A stretch of DNA of 23,351 bases. It comes from an uncultured Nitrososphaerota archaeon (GTDB lineage: Archaea > Korarchaeota > Korarchaeia > Korarchaeales > Korarchaeaceae). The stretch spans positions 1 through 23,351 of the forward strand of contig CAZUBM010000025.1 of NCBI GenBank assembly GCA_964618805.1, read 5' to 3'. The position numbers and the translations under genes were made by a program. The notes beneath the pieces were generated by a model. The model saw only the letters and a program-made list of their open reading frames with translations. It did not search any database and was not told the DNA's origin. Below, one piece after another: positions 8,109 through 17,840 of the stretch (the first letter of the stretch is position 1; each line of letters opens with the position of its first letter).

Positions 8109-9896
8109 ATGATAAAGAGGAGCGATGTAGGTCTGGAAATTGAGTTTATGTCTAAGCTTATAATGGCGGCAACGGGAGAAATTCCTCCAACCCTAAAGAT
8201 CACTGGAGGAATAATTGTAAACGTCCTTACGGGGGAATTAGAGGATGCTGATCTAATATTGTTTGAGGATAGAATAGTTGGTATTGGAAAATCCGTTGAT
8301 TACCCAGAATGCAAGACATTGAATGCTGAAGGTATGTATCTGGTGCCAGGATTAATAGATTCCCATATGCATATTGAAAGCACCTTACTTGTCCCTCAAG
8401 CCTTGGCATGCGTCTTACTTCCACATGGAGTGACTTGTCTTCTTGCCGATCCTCACGAGCTGGCTAATGTCCTTGGGAGTAAGGGAATAAAACTCATAGC
8501 ATCTATGGCTGAAAAAGCTCCTCTCAGAATATACTTCCAGATCCCGTCTAGAGTTCCGACAGCTCCTGATCTTGAAGACTCTGGAGCTGAGTTGAATCTT
8601 AAAGATACCGCTCAGCTCCTGAAAATAGAGAAAGCCGTCTCCTTGGGAGAGCTTAACTACCAGAATCTTCTCTCTGGCAAGAGAATTTACTTGGAGAAGA
8701 TAGCTTTAGCTGAATCTATAGGTAAAATCACTAATGGACATATGGCTGGTGCCTCAGTAAAAGAGATTAATGCCTGTGTGGCGGCTGGTCTCGTAGATGA
8801 CCATGAATGTTTGTCACAGGAAGAAGCTCTAGAGAGACTAAGAAGAGGATGCGCGGTAATGGTAAGGGAGGGCAGCTCTGAGAGAAATCTTGTTGCCATA
8901 CTCTCTAAGATGCAGAAGAAGATTTCAGATATGAGAGGTTTAATGTTCTGCACAGACGATAAGCATCCGGATGATCTCATTTCAGAAGGAGGAGTTGATT
9001 TCAACGTAAAAGAAGCTATAAGGATTGGAGTTGATCCTATAATAGCTATTCAAATGGCTACTATAAATGCAGCAACCCATTTTGGTTTAGACAAAACTTT
9101 AGGAATTCTAGCTCCGCATAGAAAGGCAGATGTAGTTATTCTAAAGGAACTGGAGAGTTTTGAGGTCAACTCTGTAATTTTCGATGGAAAGCTTTTATAT
9201 CATAAAGGGAGGCTCCTTTACTTATACCAAAGAGCGAATATCCCTAGTTGGGCTCTTAGTACAATTAGAGTTAGTCAAGAACTAAGGGCAGTAGATTTAG
9301 TGATAAAAGTTAAGGGAGCAAAGAGAGCAAAGGTCCGCGTCATAAAGGTAATACCTGGTCAGATAGTGAAGAGAGAGATGTGTGAATGGATTTCTGTAAA
9401 GAAAGGGATAGTAACAGCGGACCCAGAAAGAGATCTCCTCCATATAGCAGTTGTTGAGAGGCATAGATGCTTAAAACAGGTTGGAAAGGGATTTATAAGT
9501 GGGTTTGGACTTAAAGAGGGAGCTATAGCATCCTCAATATCTCATGATCATCATAACTTGATTACGGTAGGAACTAACCCTGATGATATGCTCTTAGCCA
9601 TAAGGCGATTAAAGGAGATTGGAGGAGGCTTTGTTGTTGTTAAGTCTGGATCTATACTAGGAGAACTTCCTCTACCATTTGCTGGGTTATTATCACTTGA
9701 ACCAGCTGACAAGGTAGTATCTAAGCTCAAGAGACTCAAGAGAATAGCACAGCTTTTAGGATGCAAATTAAAATCTCCCTTTATGCAATTATCCTTTGTC
9801 TCCCTGCCTACCGTCCCTGAGCTTGGAATAACGAACAGAGGACTTGTAGATTCTAGGAAATTTAAGTTGGTGGATCCTATCCTAGAGCTAGAGTAA
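8109..9896 (+). CDS. ade: Adenine deaminase (amidohydrolase superfamily, Ade/AdeC type)
   Basis: PGLIDSHMHIES, DPHELANV, LGE, NGH, DDHE, REGS, FCTDD metal motifs and the C-terminal domain (VVERH, ASSISHDHHN, LPFAGL). True start may be ATG 8148. Confidence 0.92.
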   Translation: MIKRSDVGLEIEFMSKLIMAATGEIPPTLKITGGIIVNVLTGELEDADLILFEDRIVGIGKSVDYPECKTLNAEGMYLVPGLIDSHMHIESTLLVPQALACVLLPHGVTCLLADPHELANVLGSKGIKLIASMAEKAPLRIYFQIPSRVPTAPDLEDSGAELNLKDTAQLLKIEKAVSLGELNYQNLLSGKRIYLEKIALAESIGKITNGHMAGASVKEINACVAAGLVDDHECLSQEEALERLRRGCAVMVREGSSERNLVAILSKMQKKISDMRGLMFCTDDKHPDDLISEGGVDFNVKEAIRIGVDPIIAIQMATINAATHFGLDKTLGILAPHRKADVVILKELESFEVNSVIFDGKLLYHKGRLLYLYQRANIPSWALSTIRVSQELRAVDLVIKVKGAKRAKVRVIKVIPGQIVKREMCEWISVKKGIVTADPERDLLHIAVVERHRCLKQVGKGFISGFGLKEGAIASSISHDHHNLITVGTNPDDMLLAIRRLKEIGGGFVVVKSGSILGELPLPFAGLLSLEPADKVVSKLKRLKRIAQLLGCKLKSPFMQLSFVSLPTVPELGITNRGLVDSRKFKLVDPILELE

Positions 9897-9927
9897 TAGA
9901 GAGTAATTATTTAGGGAAAATTTAGCG

Positions 9928-10401
9928 CTAAGCCTCTCGAAGTAATTTTGCTACTCTGCTTATTCCCTCCTTCCTCCTTTGAATTACTTCTTTAGTTATT
10001 TCAAGAAACTCCAAAGCTCCTGTGGGACAAGCCTTTACACATTTAGCTTCTCCTTTGCATAAATCACACTTTATTATTTTTCTCTCAAAGAAGTTAAGCC
10101 CCATCCCACCAAAAGGGCAACAGTAGATACAGTACTTACAGCCTATACATGCTTTTTCATTTACAAGAACTAGTTCCTTAGAATCATCTCTAAAAATAGC
10201 TCCTTGTGGACAAGCAGCAGCACAGGGGGGATCTTGGCATTGGAGACACAAAATAGGGAAATTTAGACCTTTATCCAATCTAACAACTGTTATCCTAGAT
10301 AGAGAGGGTATAAACGCTCCCTGATGTTCAGCAGAACATACTAGCTCACATATCCTACATCCAGTGCATAGCTCCGGATTTATAACTATGACTTTGCCCA
10401 T
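9928..10401 (-). CDS. 4x[4Fe-4S] dicluster protein (AOR-associated)
   Basis: CTGCRICELVC, CLQCQDPPCAAAC, CIGCKYCIYCC, CDLCKGEAKCVKAC. Last gene of the AOR operon. Confidence 0.93.
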   Translation of the reverse strand: MGKVIVINPELCTGCRICELVCSAEHQGAFIPSLSRITVVRLDKGLNFPILCLQCQDPPCAAACPQGAIFRDDSKELVLVNEKACIGCKYCIYCCPFGGMGLNFFERKIIKCDLCKGEAKCVKACPTGALEFLEITKEVIQRRKEGISRVAKLLREA

Positions 10402-10406
10402 TTCAG

Positions 10407-10895
10407 CTATAACCTTTTAATACCTACTACCGTGAGTCCAGAGAGCCTCTCAACACTTATTCTTCTCTTCTTTAGCGTAGCTCTATCTACCCTAATAAAA
10501 TCAAGTGCTCCGGTAGGACATGCTTTGACACACTCTGGATCCCCGCCGCAGAGATCACACTTTATTGGGAGGAGAGTATTGGGATCTATCGAGATTGCCC
10601 CACTAGGACAGAAGAGGAAACACATCTTGCATCCAATACATTTGTTTAAGTCAAGTTTGACAATTCCATCCTCCCAGTCCTTATATAAGGCATGGGTTGG
10701 ACAAGCAGCAACACATGGGGGATCCTCACATTGTGAGCAGAGTATTGGAATGTTAGGTCTCTCTCCCTCCTGTTTAATTACCTTTACTCTAGATCTAGTT
10801 ACGGAGAAAGCGCCAGTATTATGTTCAGAACATACCAGCTCACATATCCTACATCCAGTGCATAGTTCCGGGAGGACAACCAAAATCTTATGCAA
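10407..10895 (-). CDS. 4x[4Fe-4S] dicluster protein (AOR-associated)
   Basis: CTGCRICELVC, CSQCEDPPCVAAC, CIGCKMCFLFC, CDLCGGDPECVKAC. Starts 2 nt after the AOR stop, with a GGTGA RBS. Confidence 0.93.
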   Translation of the reverse strand: MHKILVVLPELCTGCRICELVCSEHNTGAFSVTRSRVKVIKQEGERPNIPILCSQCEDPPCVAACPTHALYKDWEDGIVKLDLNKCIGCKMCFLFCPSGAISIDPNTLLPIKCDLCGGDPECVKACPTGALDFIRVDRATLKKRRISVERLSGLTVVGIKRL

Positions 10896-10897
10896 TT

Positions 10898-12796
10898 CTA
10901 CTCACCTGAATACTCTATTCCAAGTTCCTGCAACTTCTCTTTAGTTGGAAGCCCTGTTTTAACATCCCAATTCCTAGCCTCATAGTATTCATCAAGCATT
11001 GGTTCTAGTTTGACTACTTGTCCCTTAAATGGCCCCTCAGGCATAGGCTCCTTTAGAAATCTATCAGGAAGTGTGTCGTGCTTTCTATTAAAGCCCCTTT
11101 TAGCATTAAAGAGCCTTTCTATGTTCACTATCCTTTCACCGATTTTAAGAACATCCTTCTTTGTGAGAGATATTCCTGTAACGGCATGTATGAGCCTAGC
11201 TAATGCTTCAGGAAAGAAAAGTGCGTGCTTTATCACTTCTCTTGAGACTGGAGTTCTAGCGGTATTATAAACACATATCTCTAGAGAATCGTGGACGGCT
11301 CGAACGTTTTCATGCCAAGCAACTAACCTTCCCTTCCCCTTAACTCCAAAAAGATCAACAGCTTCCTCTGAACCGAACATATCCTTGGCTAAATCAGGAG
11401 GAAAGTGGAATTCTCCTATTGGGAAAGCTCTGAGGTGGTCAGCTCCTCTTGTTGAAACTGCAAATGCTAATGCCCATGCTTTTGGTCCTCTAGGATCTAC
11501 GTTTATTATCTCAACCCCTTTAACTTCCGGCGCAAACTTCTGCGCTTCTTTACCTATTCTTTCTGCCATTTTCTTAACTCCTTGGGCAAGAAAATCTCCA
11601 AATCCCTCCCTTTTCGCTATTTTGTGGACTAACTCTATAATTAGCTCAGAGTCCCCCCATTTTATCTCCATGCCTTCGGTATCTTCTTTTGTTAAAAGAC
11701 CCTTTTCATAACACTCCATGGCGAATGCGATCGAACCAGATGTGGATATGGTATCTAAGCCATATTTGTTACAGAGTTCATGAGCTACTATTATGGAGTC
11801 AAAGTCGCTGTTCCCACATCTAGATCCAAAACCGCATATTGTCTCGTACTCTAAGCCCTCTCCTATGGTTTCACTATAAGGACCTCCTTCTATCTTATAC
11901 CAATGGCTGCAGTGGAGAGGACAGCCAAAACATGCTACCGATCTTATGGCATATTTCCTCATAAATACATCGGCGCTTATCTTTTCAGCGTCTTCAAATG
12001 TTCCCTTCTGAAAGTTTCTAGTTGGAAGGGCTCCCATTTGGTTGTACATCATAATTAGAGACGTTGTTCCTTCTGTCGAGAATGCCTTATAGTAGGCCTC
12101 ATCCATCATCAAAGCCTCGTGATTTTTCTCAACGACTTCCCTTAGTTCCCTAGGATCTGCTACTCTTACGCCCTTAGTTCCCCTTACAGCAACAGCTTTG
12201 AGCTTCTTAGATCCCATAACAGCTCCTATTCCGCATCTAGCTGCAGCTCTAGCTTTATCATTTATAACGCAAGCATATAATACGAGATTCTCCCCCGCTG
12301 GACCTATTGATGCTATATTTATGTCTGGATCCCCTACCTCCTCCCTTATTATGTCCTCCGTCTCCCAAGTAGTTCTTCCCCAAAGGTGAGATGCGTCCCT
12401 AATTTCGACTACATCATCATCTATCCATAAGTAAACCGGCTTACTGGATCTTCCTTCTATTACTACAGCATCATATCCAGCATACTTGAGCATAGCCCCC
12501 CATGAACCTCCTGCATTCCCATCTCCAATAGTACCGCTTAGAGGGGAAAGAGCGCTCACAGTGTACCGATTTGATCCAGGAGCTCTTGTACCGTTAGCTG
12601 GTCCTATCCCAAAGATTACCTTGTTTTCAGGCCCGAGTGGATTAATTCCTACTTCAAGTTCATCATACAGTATTTTAGAGTTGAGACCCCTTCCACCTAA
12701 GTAATTTAGTGCTAGTTTTTTATCTAAGGGCTGTCTCCTTATCGTCCCATTTGTAAGATTAACACGTAAAACAGTACCCGCCCAACCATAGAACAT
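10898..12796 (-). CDS. aor: Tungsten-pterin aldehyde:ferredoxin oxidoreductase family protein (AOR/WOR)
   Basis: 632 aa with YLGGRG, SIGPAGENLV, AARCGIGAVMGSKKLKA, CFGCPLHC, EYET, GLDTIS, STRGADH, DSLEIC, ERLFN, DTLPDRF and YYEARNWD. Confidence 0.96.
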   Translation of the reverse strand: MFYGWAGTVLRVNLTNGTIRRQPLDKKLALNYLGGRGLNSKILYDELEVGINPLGPENKVIFGIGPANGTRAPGSNRYTVSALSPLSGTIGDGNAGGSWGAMLKYAGYDAVVIEGRSSKPVYLWIDDDVVEIRDASHLWGRTTWETEDIIREEVGDPDINIASIGPAGENLVLYACVINDKARAAARCGIGAVMGSKKLKAVAVRGTKGVRVADPRELREVVEKNHEALMMDEAYYKAFSTEGTTSLIMMYNQMGALPTRNFQKGTFEDAEKISADVFMRKYAIRSVACFGCPLHCSHWYKIEGGPYSETIGEGLEYETICGFGSRCGNSDFDSIIVAHELCNKYGLDTISTSGSIAFAMECYEKGLLTKEDTEGMEIKWGDSELIIELVHKIAKREGFGDFLAQGVKKMAERIGKEAQKFAPEVKGVEIINVDPRGPKAWALAFAVSTRGADHLRAFPIGEFHFPPDLAKDMFGSEEAVDLFGVKGKGRLVAWHENVRAVHDSLEICVYNTARTPVSREVIKHALFFPEALARLIHAVTGISLTKKDVLKIGERIVNIERLFNAKRGFNRKHDTLPDRFLKEPMPEGPFKGQVVKLEPMLDEYYEARNWDVKTGLPTKEKLQELGIEYSGE

Positions 12797-12814
12797 ACGG
12801 GATAATGTCTCAAC

Positions 12815-12836
12815 TTCTTATATATATTTTTTTAAA
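12815..12836 (-). promoter_or_regulatory. Putative BRE/TATA box for a leaderless aor transcript
   Basis: Minus strand reads TTTAAAAAAATATATATAAG about 21-40 nt upstream of the aor ATG, and no SD precedes the ATG. Confidence 0.55.
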
Positions 12837-12843
12837 GCTGAGT

Positions 12844-13782
12844 TCATTCCCTTCTGTAGGGAACTCCTAGAGAGGCTGGTGCCTCTGCCTTCCTCGCTAC
12901 ACCTAAGAGTGTAAGTATTGTGATAATATAAGGTAACATTAGCAAAAATTGATATGGAATACCAAATCCCATTGTTTGTAAACGCTTCTGGAGAGCATCG
13001 ACAAAACCAAAAAGCAAGGCGCCAGAAAAGGTTCTATAGGGATTCCATTTGCCAAAATATACTATGGCTATTGCTATAAATCCTTTTCCTAGAGTCATGC
13101 CTTCAATGAACATGCTTAATTGAGCTAAGGATAAGTACGCCCCAGCAAGCCCAGCCAAGCCTCCTTCTATCATCAAGCACATGTAACGTATTCGATAGAC
13201 ATCTACTCCTAAGGTATCTGCTGCTTTTGGATTCTCTCCTACCGCCCTTATTCTGAGACCAAAATCAGTTCTATAAAGGACTATAGAACTCAGAAACACT
13301 AGAATAAACATAAGGTACACGAGAACATTGTGATTGAAAAGTATCGCTCCTAGAAACGGCATCTCACTTAGTAAAGGGATAGAGATGGTATCAAATCCTT
13401 TAACTGTGGGAGGCAAAGTTCGAACCCCAAATATCATTCTGTAAAGAAAGCCTGAAAGTCCCCAGCCAAGCAGCCAAAGGGCCATTCCGCTAACTACCTG
13501 ATTGGCCATAAACCTTATAGTGATTAATCCATGAATAAGAGCCATGATTATACCTATTAGAATAGAAAGGAGTACTCCTACGAGAAGAGACCCAGTAAAG
13601 TAAGTCCCAAGGAAGCCTAACAGGGCACCCATTAGCATAATTCCCTCTACACCAAGGTTTATTATGCCAGAGTTCTCTGAGAATATCTCTCCAAGAGCTG
13701 CTAATGCTAGAGGAGTGGCCATTCTTATAGCTGCAGAGAATAGTCCAACAATTAGCGCTTGGTTTATAAATTTTAGACTCAT
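12844..13782 (-). CDS. Nucleoside ABC transporter permease, subunit 2
   Basis: ATPLALAALGEIFSENSGIINLGVEG, RAVGENPKAADTLGV, GKGFIAIAIVYFGKWNP, LPYIITIL and APASLGVPY, typical of RnsD/NupC-type permeases. Confidence 0.93.
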   Translation of the reverse strand: MSLKFINQALIVGLFSAAIRMATPLALAALGEIFSENSGIINLGVEGIMLMGALLGFLGTYFTGSLLVGVLLSILIGIIMALIHGLITIRFMANQVVSGMALWLLGWGLSGFLYRMIFGVRTLPPTVKGFDTISIPLLSEMPFLGAILFNHNVLVYLMFILVFLSSIVLYRTDFGLRIRAVGENPKAADTLGVDVYRIRYMCLMIEGGLAGLAGAYLSLAQLSMFIEGMTLGKGFIAIAIVYFGKWNPYRTFSGALLFGFVDALQKRLQTMGFGIPYQFLLMLPYIITILTLLGVARKAEAPASLGVPYRRE

Positions 13783-14825
13783 GCCCTCCCCCTCTTAGTT
13801 ATAAACTCGCTGCTGACTAGAAAAAGCATCATTAAGCCTTCTATGCAGTAAACTAGAGTAGTCGGTATTCCCGTTGTCCTTTGCATCATCTCAGCGCCTA
13901 CGAAAAGAGTGCCAAAGAATAATGACGCAAGAACTACACCTAAAGGATGAAGTCTCCCGACTAGAGCTACCGGGATTCCCAGATATCCATATCCTCCCGA
14001 GAGCGGCGTATCTAGAAGCCTCCTGTGAACTCCACAAACCTCTATCATCCCAGCTAATCCGGCTAAACCCCCACTCAAAATCATAGCGATAATAATACTT
14101 CTAAAGACATTAATTCCAGCACAGTATGCTGCTTCGGGATTTAAGCCTACAGCTCTTATGTAATAACCCAGTGGAGTTTTCCACAGTAGAATATAGGTTA
14201 AGAGAGCGCATAGAAGGGCAATTAATACTCCCGCATGTGATCGACTGCCCTTCACAAGTTTTGGTAAGAGAGCCGATTTTGGCAGAACTGGAGAGAGGGG
14301 ATATCCGTATGCCTTTGGATCCATCATAGGTCCATGAACCAAGTAGCTTAAGAGAAAGGTGGCTATGTAATTCATCATCAGTGTAACTATAACCTCATTC
14401 ACTTCAAACTTAGCTTTTAGTAGTCCTGGTATAAACGCCCAGAAAGCACCTCCTAAGAAGCCAACTAACATCGCTAAGAGGAGCAATAGCGGGCCTCCCC
14501 TGTCTCCTATGGCTAGTGTAACCCAAGTAACTACTATCGTAGCTATTATCATTTGTCCTTCTGCTCCTATGTTCCATACATTACATTTGAAGGCCACCGT
14601 CATGCTAAGACTGACCAGTAAGAGAGGAGTAGCTTTCACTAGACTCTCCGTTATCCCATAGGTACTACCTAAAGCCCCAGATAAGAGGGATTTATAAGCA
14701 AAAAGTGGGTTAACTCCAACAGCTAGGAGTAAGATCGAATTAACTATAAGAGCTCCTATTATAGCTATTAATGGAATTAAAACAGATGTACTAAAACCTT
14801 CTCTCTCTATAGACACTAAGAGCAA
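13779..14825 (-). CDS. Nucleoside ABC transporter permease, subunit 1
   Basis: WNIGAEGQ, VNEVIVTLMMNY, RAVGLNPEAA, SGGLAGLAG, GYGYLGI. ATGA overlap with the next gene. Confidence 0.93.
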   Translation of the reverse strand: MLLVSIEREGFSTSVLIPLIAIIGALIVNSILLLAVGVNPLFAYKSLLSGALGSTYGITESLVKATPLLLVSLSMTVAFKCNVWNIGAEGQMIIATIVVTWVTLAIGDRGGPLLLLLAMLVGFLGGAFWAFIPGLLKAKFEVNEVIVTLMMNYIATFLLSYLVHGPMMDPKAYGYPLSPVLPKSALLPKLVKGSRSHAGVLIALLCALLTYILLWKTPLGYYIRAVGLNPEAAYCAGINVFRSIIIAMILSGGLAGLAGMIEVCGVHRRLLDTPLSGGYGYLGIPVALVGRLHPLGVVLASLFFGTLFVGAEMMQRTTGIPTTLVYCIEGLMMLFLVSSEFITKRGRA

Positions 14826-14853
14826 AACCTCCCAAAAAGAGAAAGGATGGGTT

Positions 14854-15882
14854 TTATCCGGCTTTTGGTGGTATCATTGCAGTGATGTTAAGTTGACCTG
14901 AGATTATCTGCTGCTTAACCTGCTCTATAGTATCTCTCACATCCTTGGGAACTGCTGGATTGAATGGAGATAAGGTTATGCCCCCATTAGCAAAGGATGC
15001 CCAGTAAAATTTCTTATCGAACTTGCCATCCTCTCTCCAATCATTCATTATCTGCTCAAATAGCGGACCCCAGGAGTATACTACGCAGCTGAGACATTTT
15101 TCAGGACAAAGAGAACTTTGATCAACTGGAACTCCCATGAACCAGAATCCTTTCTCTTTGGCTGCTTCAACTACTCCCAATCCAAGACCATCTCCACTAT
15201 GCCAAATCACATCTACTCCCATTTCGAACATACTTATAGCTGCTTCTTTAGCTCCCTCAGCATCTCTCCAATCACCAGTATAATGCTCGTATATCTCTAT
15301 ATCTGGATTAATCGATTTTGCTCCTAACTTAAATCCTTCATGCCCTCTGTAGATCTCCACCACGTCGCATCCTCCTATTACTCCAACTTTTCCAGTCTTA
15401 CTCATTAGCGCTGCTAGAACCCCCATTAAGTAGCCTCCTTCCTCCAATCTTACATCATAAACAATGCTATTTTCAACAGTCTTATATCCGGTTCCCAAGA
15501 GAAATGCTGTATGTGGATATTCAGGGGCTACCGTAACTATAGGCTCCATGAACTGGAACCCATGACCTATTATCATATCATAACCCTTCTCTGCGTAATC
15601 TCTTAGCGCTGGTTCTATTTTTGCGACTTCATAAACCTCTTCCGTGTATGTTATATCTATAGCCTCTCCATACTTATCTTTAAGCCACATAATTCCTTCA
15701 TAAGCAGCTTGATTCCACGATACATCATCAATTCTACCTGGAAGGATCAGAGCAATTCTAAAAGGAGCAGCAGGAGGAGCTTTAGGTCTTGTTAGGACAT
15801 AAATGGCAGCTATAGCAACTAAAATGATCAATAGGATAACTAATAAGGTCTTCTTTTCTATTCTAAGACACCTCCATCCCAT
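14854..15882 (-). CDS. BMP-family (PnrA/TmpC-like) nucleoside-binding protein with N-terminal membrane anchor
   Basis: N-terminal TM helix, DDVSWNQAAYEG, GYDMIIGHGFQF, EEGGYLMGVLAALMSKTGKVGVIGG, GFKLGAK, GVPVDQ. Confidence 0.92.
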   Translation of the reverse strand: MGWRCLRIEKKTLLVILLIILVAIAAIYVLTRPKAPPAAPFRIALILPGRIDDVSWNQAAYEGIMWLKDKYGEAIDITYTEEVYEVAKIEPALRDYAEKGYDMIIGHGFQFMEPIVTVAPEYPHTAFLLGTGYKTVENSIVYDVRLEEGGYLMGVLAALMSKTGKVGVIGGCDVVEIYRGHEGFKLGAKSINPDIEIYEHYTGDWRDAEGAKEAAISMFEMGVDVIWHSGDGLGLGVVEAAKEKGFWFMGVPVDQSSLCPEKCLSCVVYSWGPLFEQIMNDWREDGKFDKKFYWASFANGGITLSPFNPAVPKDVRDTIEQVKQQIISGQLNITAMIPPKAG

Positions 15883-15945
15883 ACTTTGCTACCTGTTTCT
15901 TATAATCTTTACTTACTTTGGGATGAGTGAATATTCAGTTTAGAG

Positions 15946-17529
15946 CTAACTAGTGACTCCCGCCATGAGTAAGCCTATGCGATCTATATCTGCCTCTTCA
16001 CTTAACATTTCTCCCACAATTCTCCCCTCATACATCACTAATATTCTGTCACTTATCATTAGAATCTCATCTAAATCCCCAGAAATCAAGAGAATAGCAG
16101 CTCCTCTCTCCTTTTGCTCTAATATTTTTGATCTTATAAATTCTGTCGCTCCTACATCAAGTCCCATAGTTGGTTGGACAGCTATTATTAGCTTTGGAGT
16201 CTGAGTCAATTCTCTAGCTAATATCATCCTTTGGATATTTCCTCCAGAGAGCTGATTTGCTGGGGATGATGCGCTAACAGTCTTGATGTTGTATTCTTTG
16301 ACCAACTGATTCGTATAATTATAAATCTTTTCTTTATTAAGAAAAAGAGGCTTGCTAACAGGAAGGAACCATCCATCTGCGAAGGTACGTAAGAACTTTT
16401 CTTTTAGTACCAGATTCTCTGCTACAGAAAACTCTCCGATTAGACCTCTTTTAAGCCTTTCCTCTGGAATATAGGCAACTCCTTGTTTAAGAATCTGTCT
16501 AGGAGGAGAATTAGTAATATCCTTTCCTTCTATCAATACCTTGCCTTTTATTGCTTTTCTTAACCCAACTATAACTTCTGCAAGTTCTCTTTGGCCATTA
16601 CCAGCAACGCCAGCTATACCCAATATTTCTCCTTGATGAATAGCAAAAGAAACCCCTTTTAGAGCTACCAATCCTTGATCGCTCATAGTCATCAAATCCT
16701 TTACTTCAAGCACTACTTTGCCGATCTTCGTTGGTTTTCTTCTTATCGCAAAGAGAACTTCTCTTCCAACCATCATTTTTGCAAGTTCATGCTTGTCTGT
16801 ATCTTTAGTATCCACCCTGCCAATGACTCTTCCTCTTCTTAACACAGTAACTCTATCGCTTACTCTCATAACCTCGTCCAATTTGTGAGTTATGAATATT
16901 ATTGATTTTCCCTCCTTTTTCATAGATTTAAGTGTTCTAAAGAGGCTTTCTGTCTCTTGAGGAGTTAGCACAGAGGTGGGCTCATCTAAGATCAGGATAT
17001 CTGCTCCCCTATATAGAATTTTTAGAATCTCAACCCTTTGCTGCTCTCCAGCTGAGAGTTGCCATATCTTTGCTCTTGGATTGACCTTTAAGCCATATTT
17101 TTCTGAAAGCTCAATTATTTTCTTTTCTATTTCAACAAGGTCCAATAAAGGCCATTTCGGACCTCTTTGTCCGAGTACTATGTTCTCAGCTACAGTAAAC
17201 TTAGGAACTAACATAAAATGTTGGTGAACCATACCTATACCAAGTCTTATTGCATCTCTTGGGGACTCTATTTGCGCTTTTTTACCTCTTATGTAAATTT
17301 CGCCTTCATCAGGCTTGTAGAGACCATAAAGGATGTTCATAAGTGTTGTCTTTCCAGCTCCATTCTCACCCAAAAGAGCATGTATCTCTCCCGTTCTAAG
17401 TTCGAAATCTATATGATCATTGGCTACTATGCCGGGAAACTTTTTTACAATTCCTTTCATCTCTACTGCAATATCTTCAGTTCTTTTCGTTTTCTCAGGT
17501 ATCTCTGAGTTTACATTATTATGCATCAA
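15946..17529 (-). CDS. Two-domain nucleoside/sugar ABC ATPase (intact)
   Basis: GENGAGKT, LSAGE, ILDEPT, ITHKL; second domain GVAGNGQ, LSGGN, ISGDLDE. Confidence 0.95.
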   Translation of the reverse strand: MMHNNVNSEIPEKTKRTEDIAVEMKGIVKKFPGIVANDHIDFELRTGEIHALLGENGAGKTTLMNILYGLYKPDEGEIYIRGKKAQIESPRDAIRLGIGMVHQHFMLVPKFTVAENIVLGQRGPKWPLLDLVEIEKKIIELSEKYGLKVNPRAKIWQLSAGEQQRVEILKILYRGADILILDEPTSVLTPQETESLFRTLKSMKKEGKSIIFITHKLDEVMRVSDRVTVLRRGRVIGRVDTKDTDKHELAKMMVGREVLFAIRRKPTKIGKVVLEVKDLMTMSDQGLVALKGVSFAIHQGEILGIAGVAGNGQRELAEVIVGLRKAIKGKVLIEGKDITNSPPRQILKQGVAYIPEERLKRGLIGEFSVAENLVLKEKFLRTFADGWFLPVSKPLFLNKEKIYNYTNQLVKEYNIKTVSASSPANQLSGGNIQRMILARELTQTPKLIIAVQPTMGLDVGATEFIRSKILEQKERGAAILLISGDLDEILMISDRILVMYEGRIVGEMLSEEADIDRIGLLMAGVTS

Positions 17530-17840
17530 GGAGGTTATGAGTCCTTAGCAAAATAAAAATTCTCTTTGGATGTATTACTTTCAATTCGCATGGTTTCTGT
17601 TCATTTTCTTGTTTATTCTAATTAAGAGAAAGTTACTCTATGAAAAATATCGTACAATTTGCTCCAGCATTAGAAATTATGACAAGCTAAGGAGAGGGGA
17701 AAATTCCTATAGAGAGATCGTTTATATCACGAGGAGAAAATATGATAAAGCAGATCAGCGAGAAAGCGATAATTAATACATAGATAAAGCCGTAAAGTTT
17801 TAGATCATAGGACAGGAACGGTAATTGTACTATGTTAAAA

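Noticed and set aside
10432-12704. Plus-strand ORFs antisense to AOR and the ferredoxins (e.g. 10432-10944)
   Set aside because: Antisense shadows of well-supported genes.
17570-17776. 68-aa plus-strand ORF
   Set aside because: AT-rich, no RBS or motif, and lies in the likely promoter region of the ABC operon.
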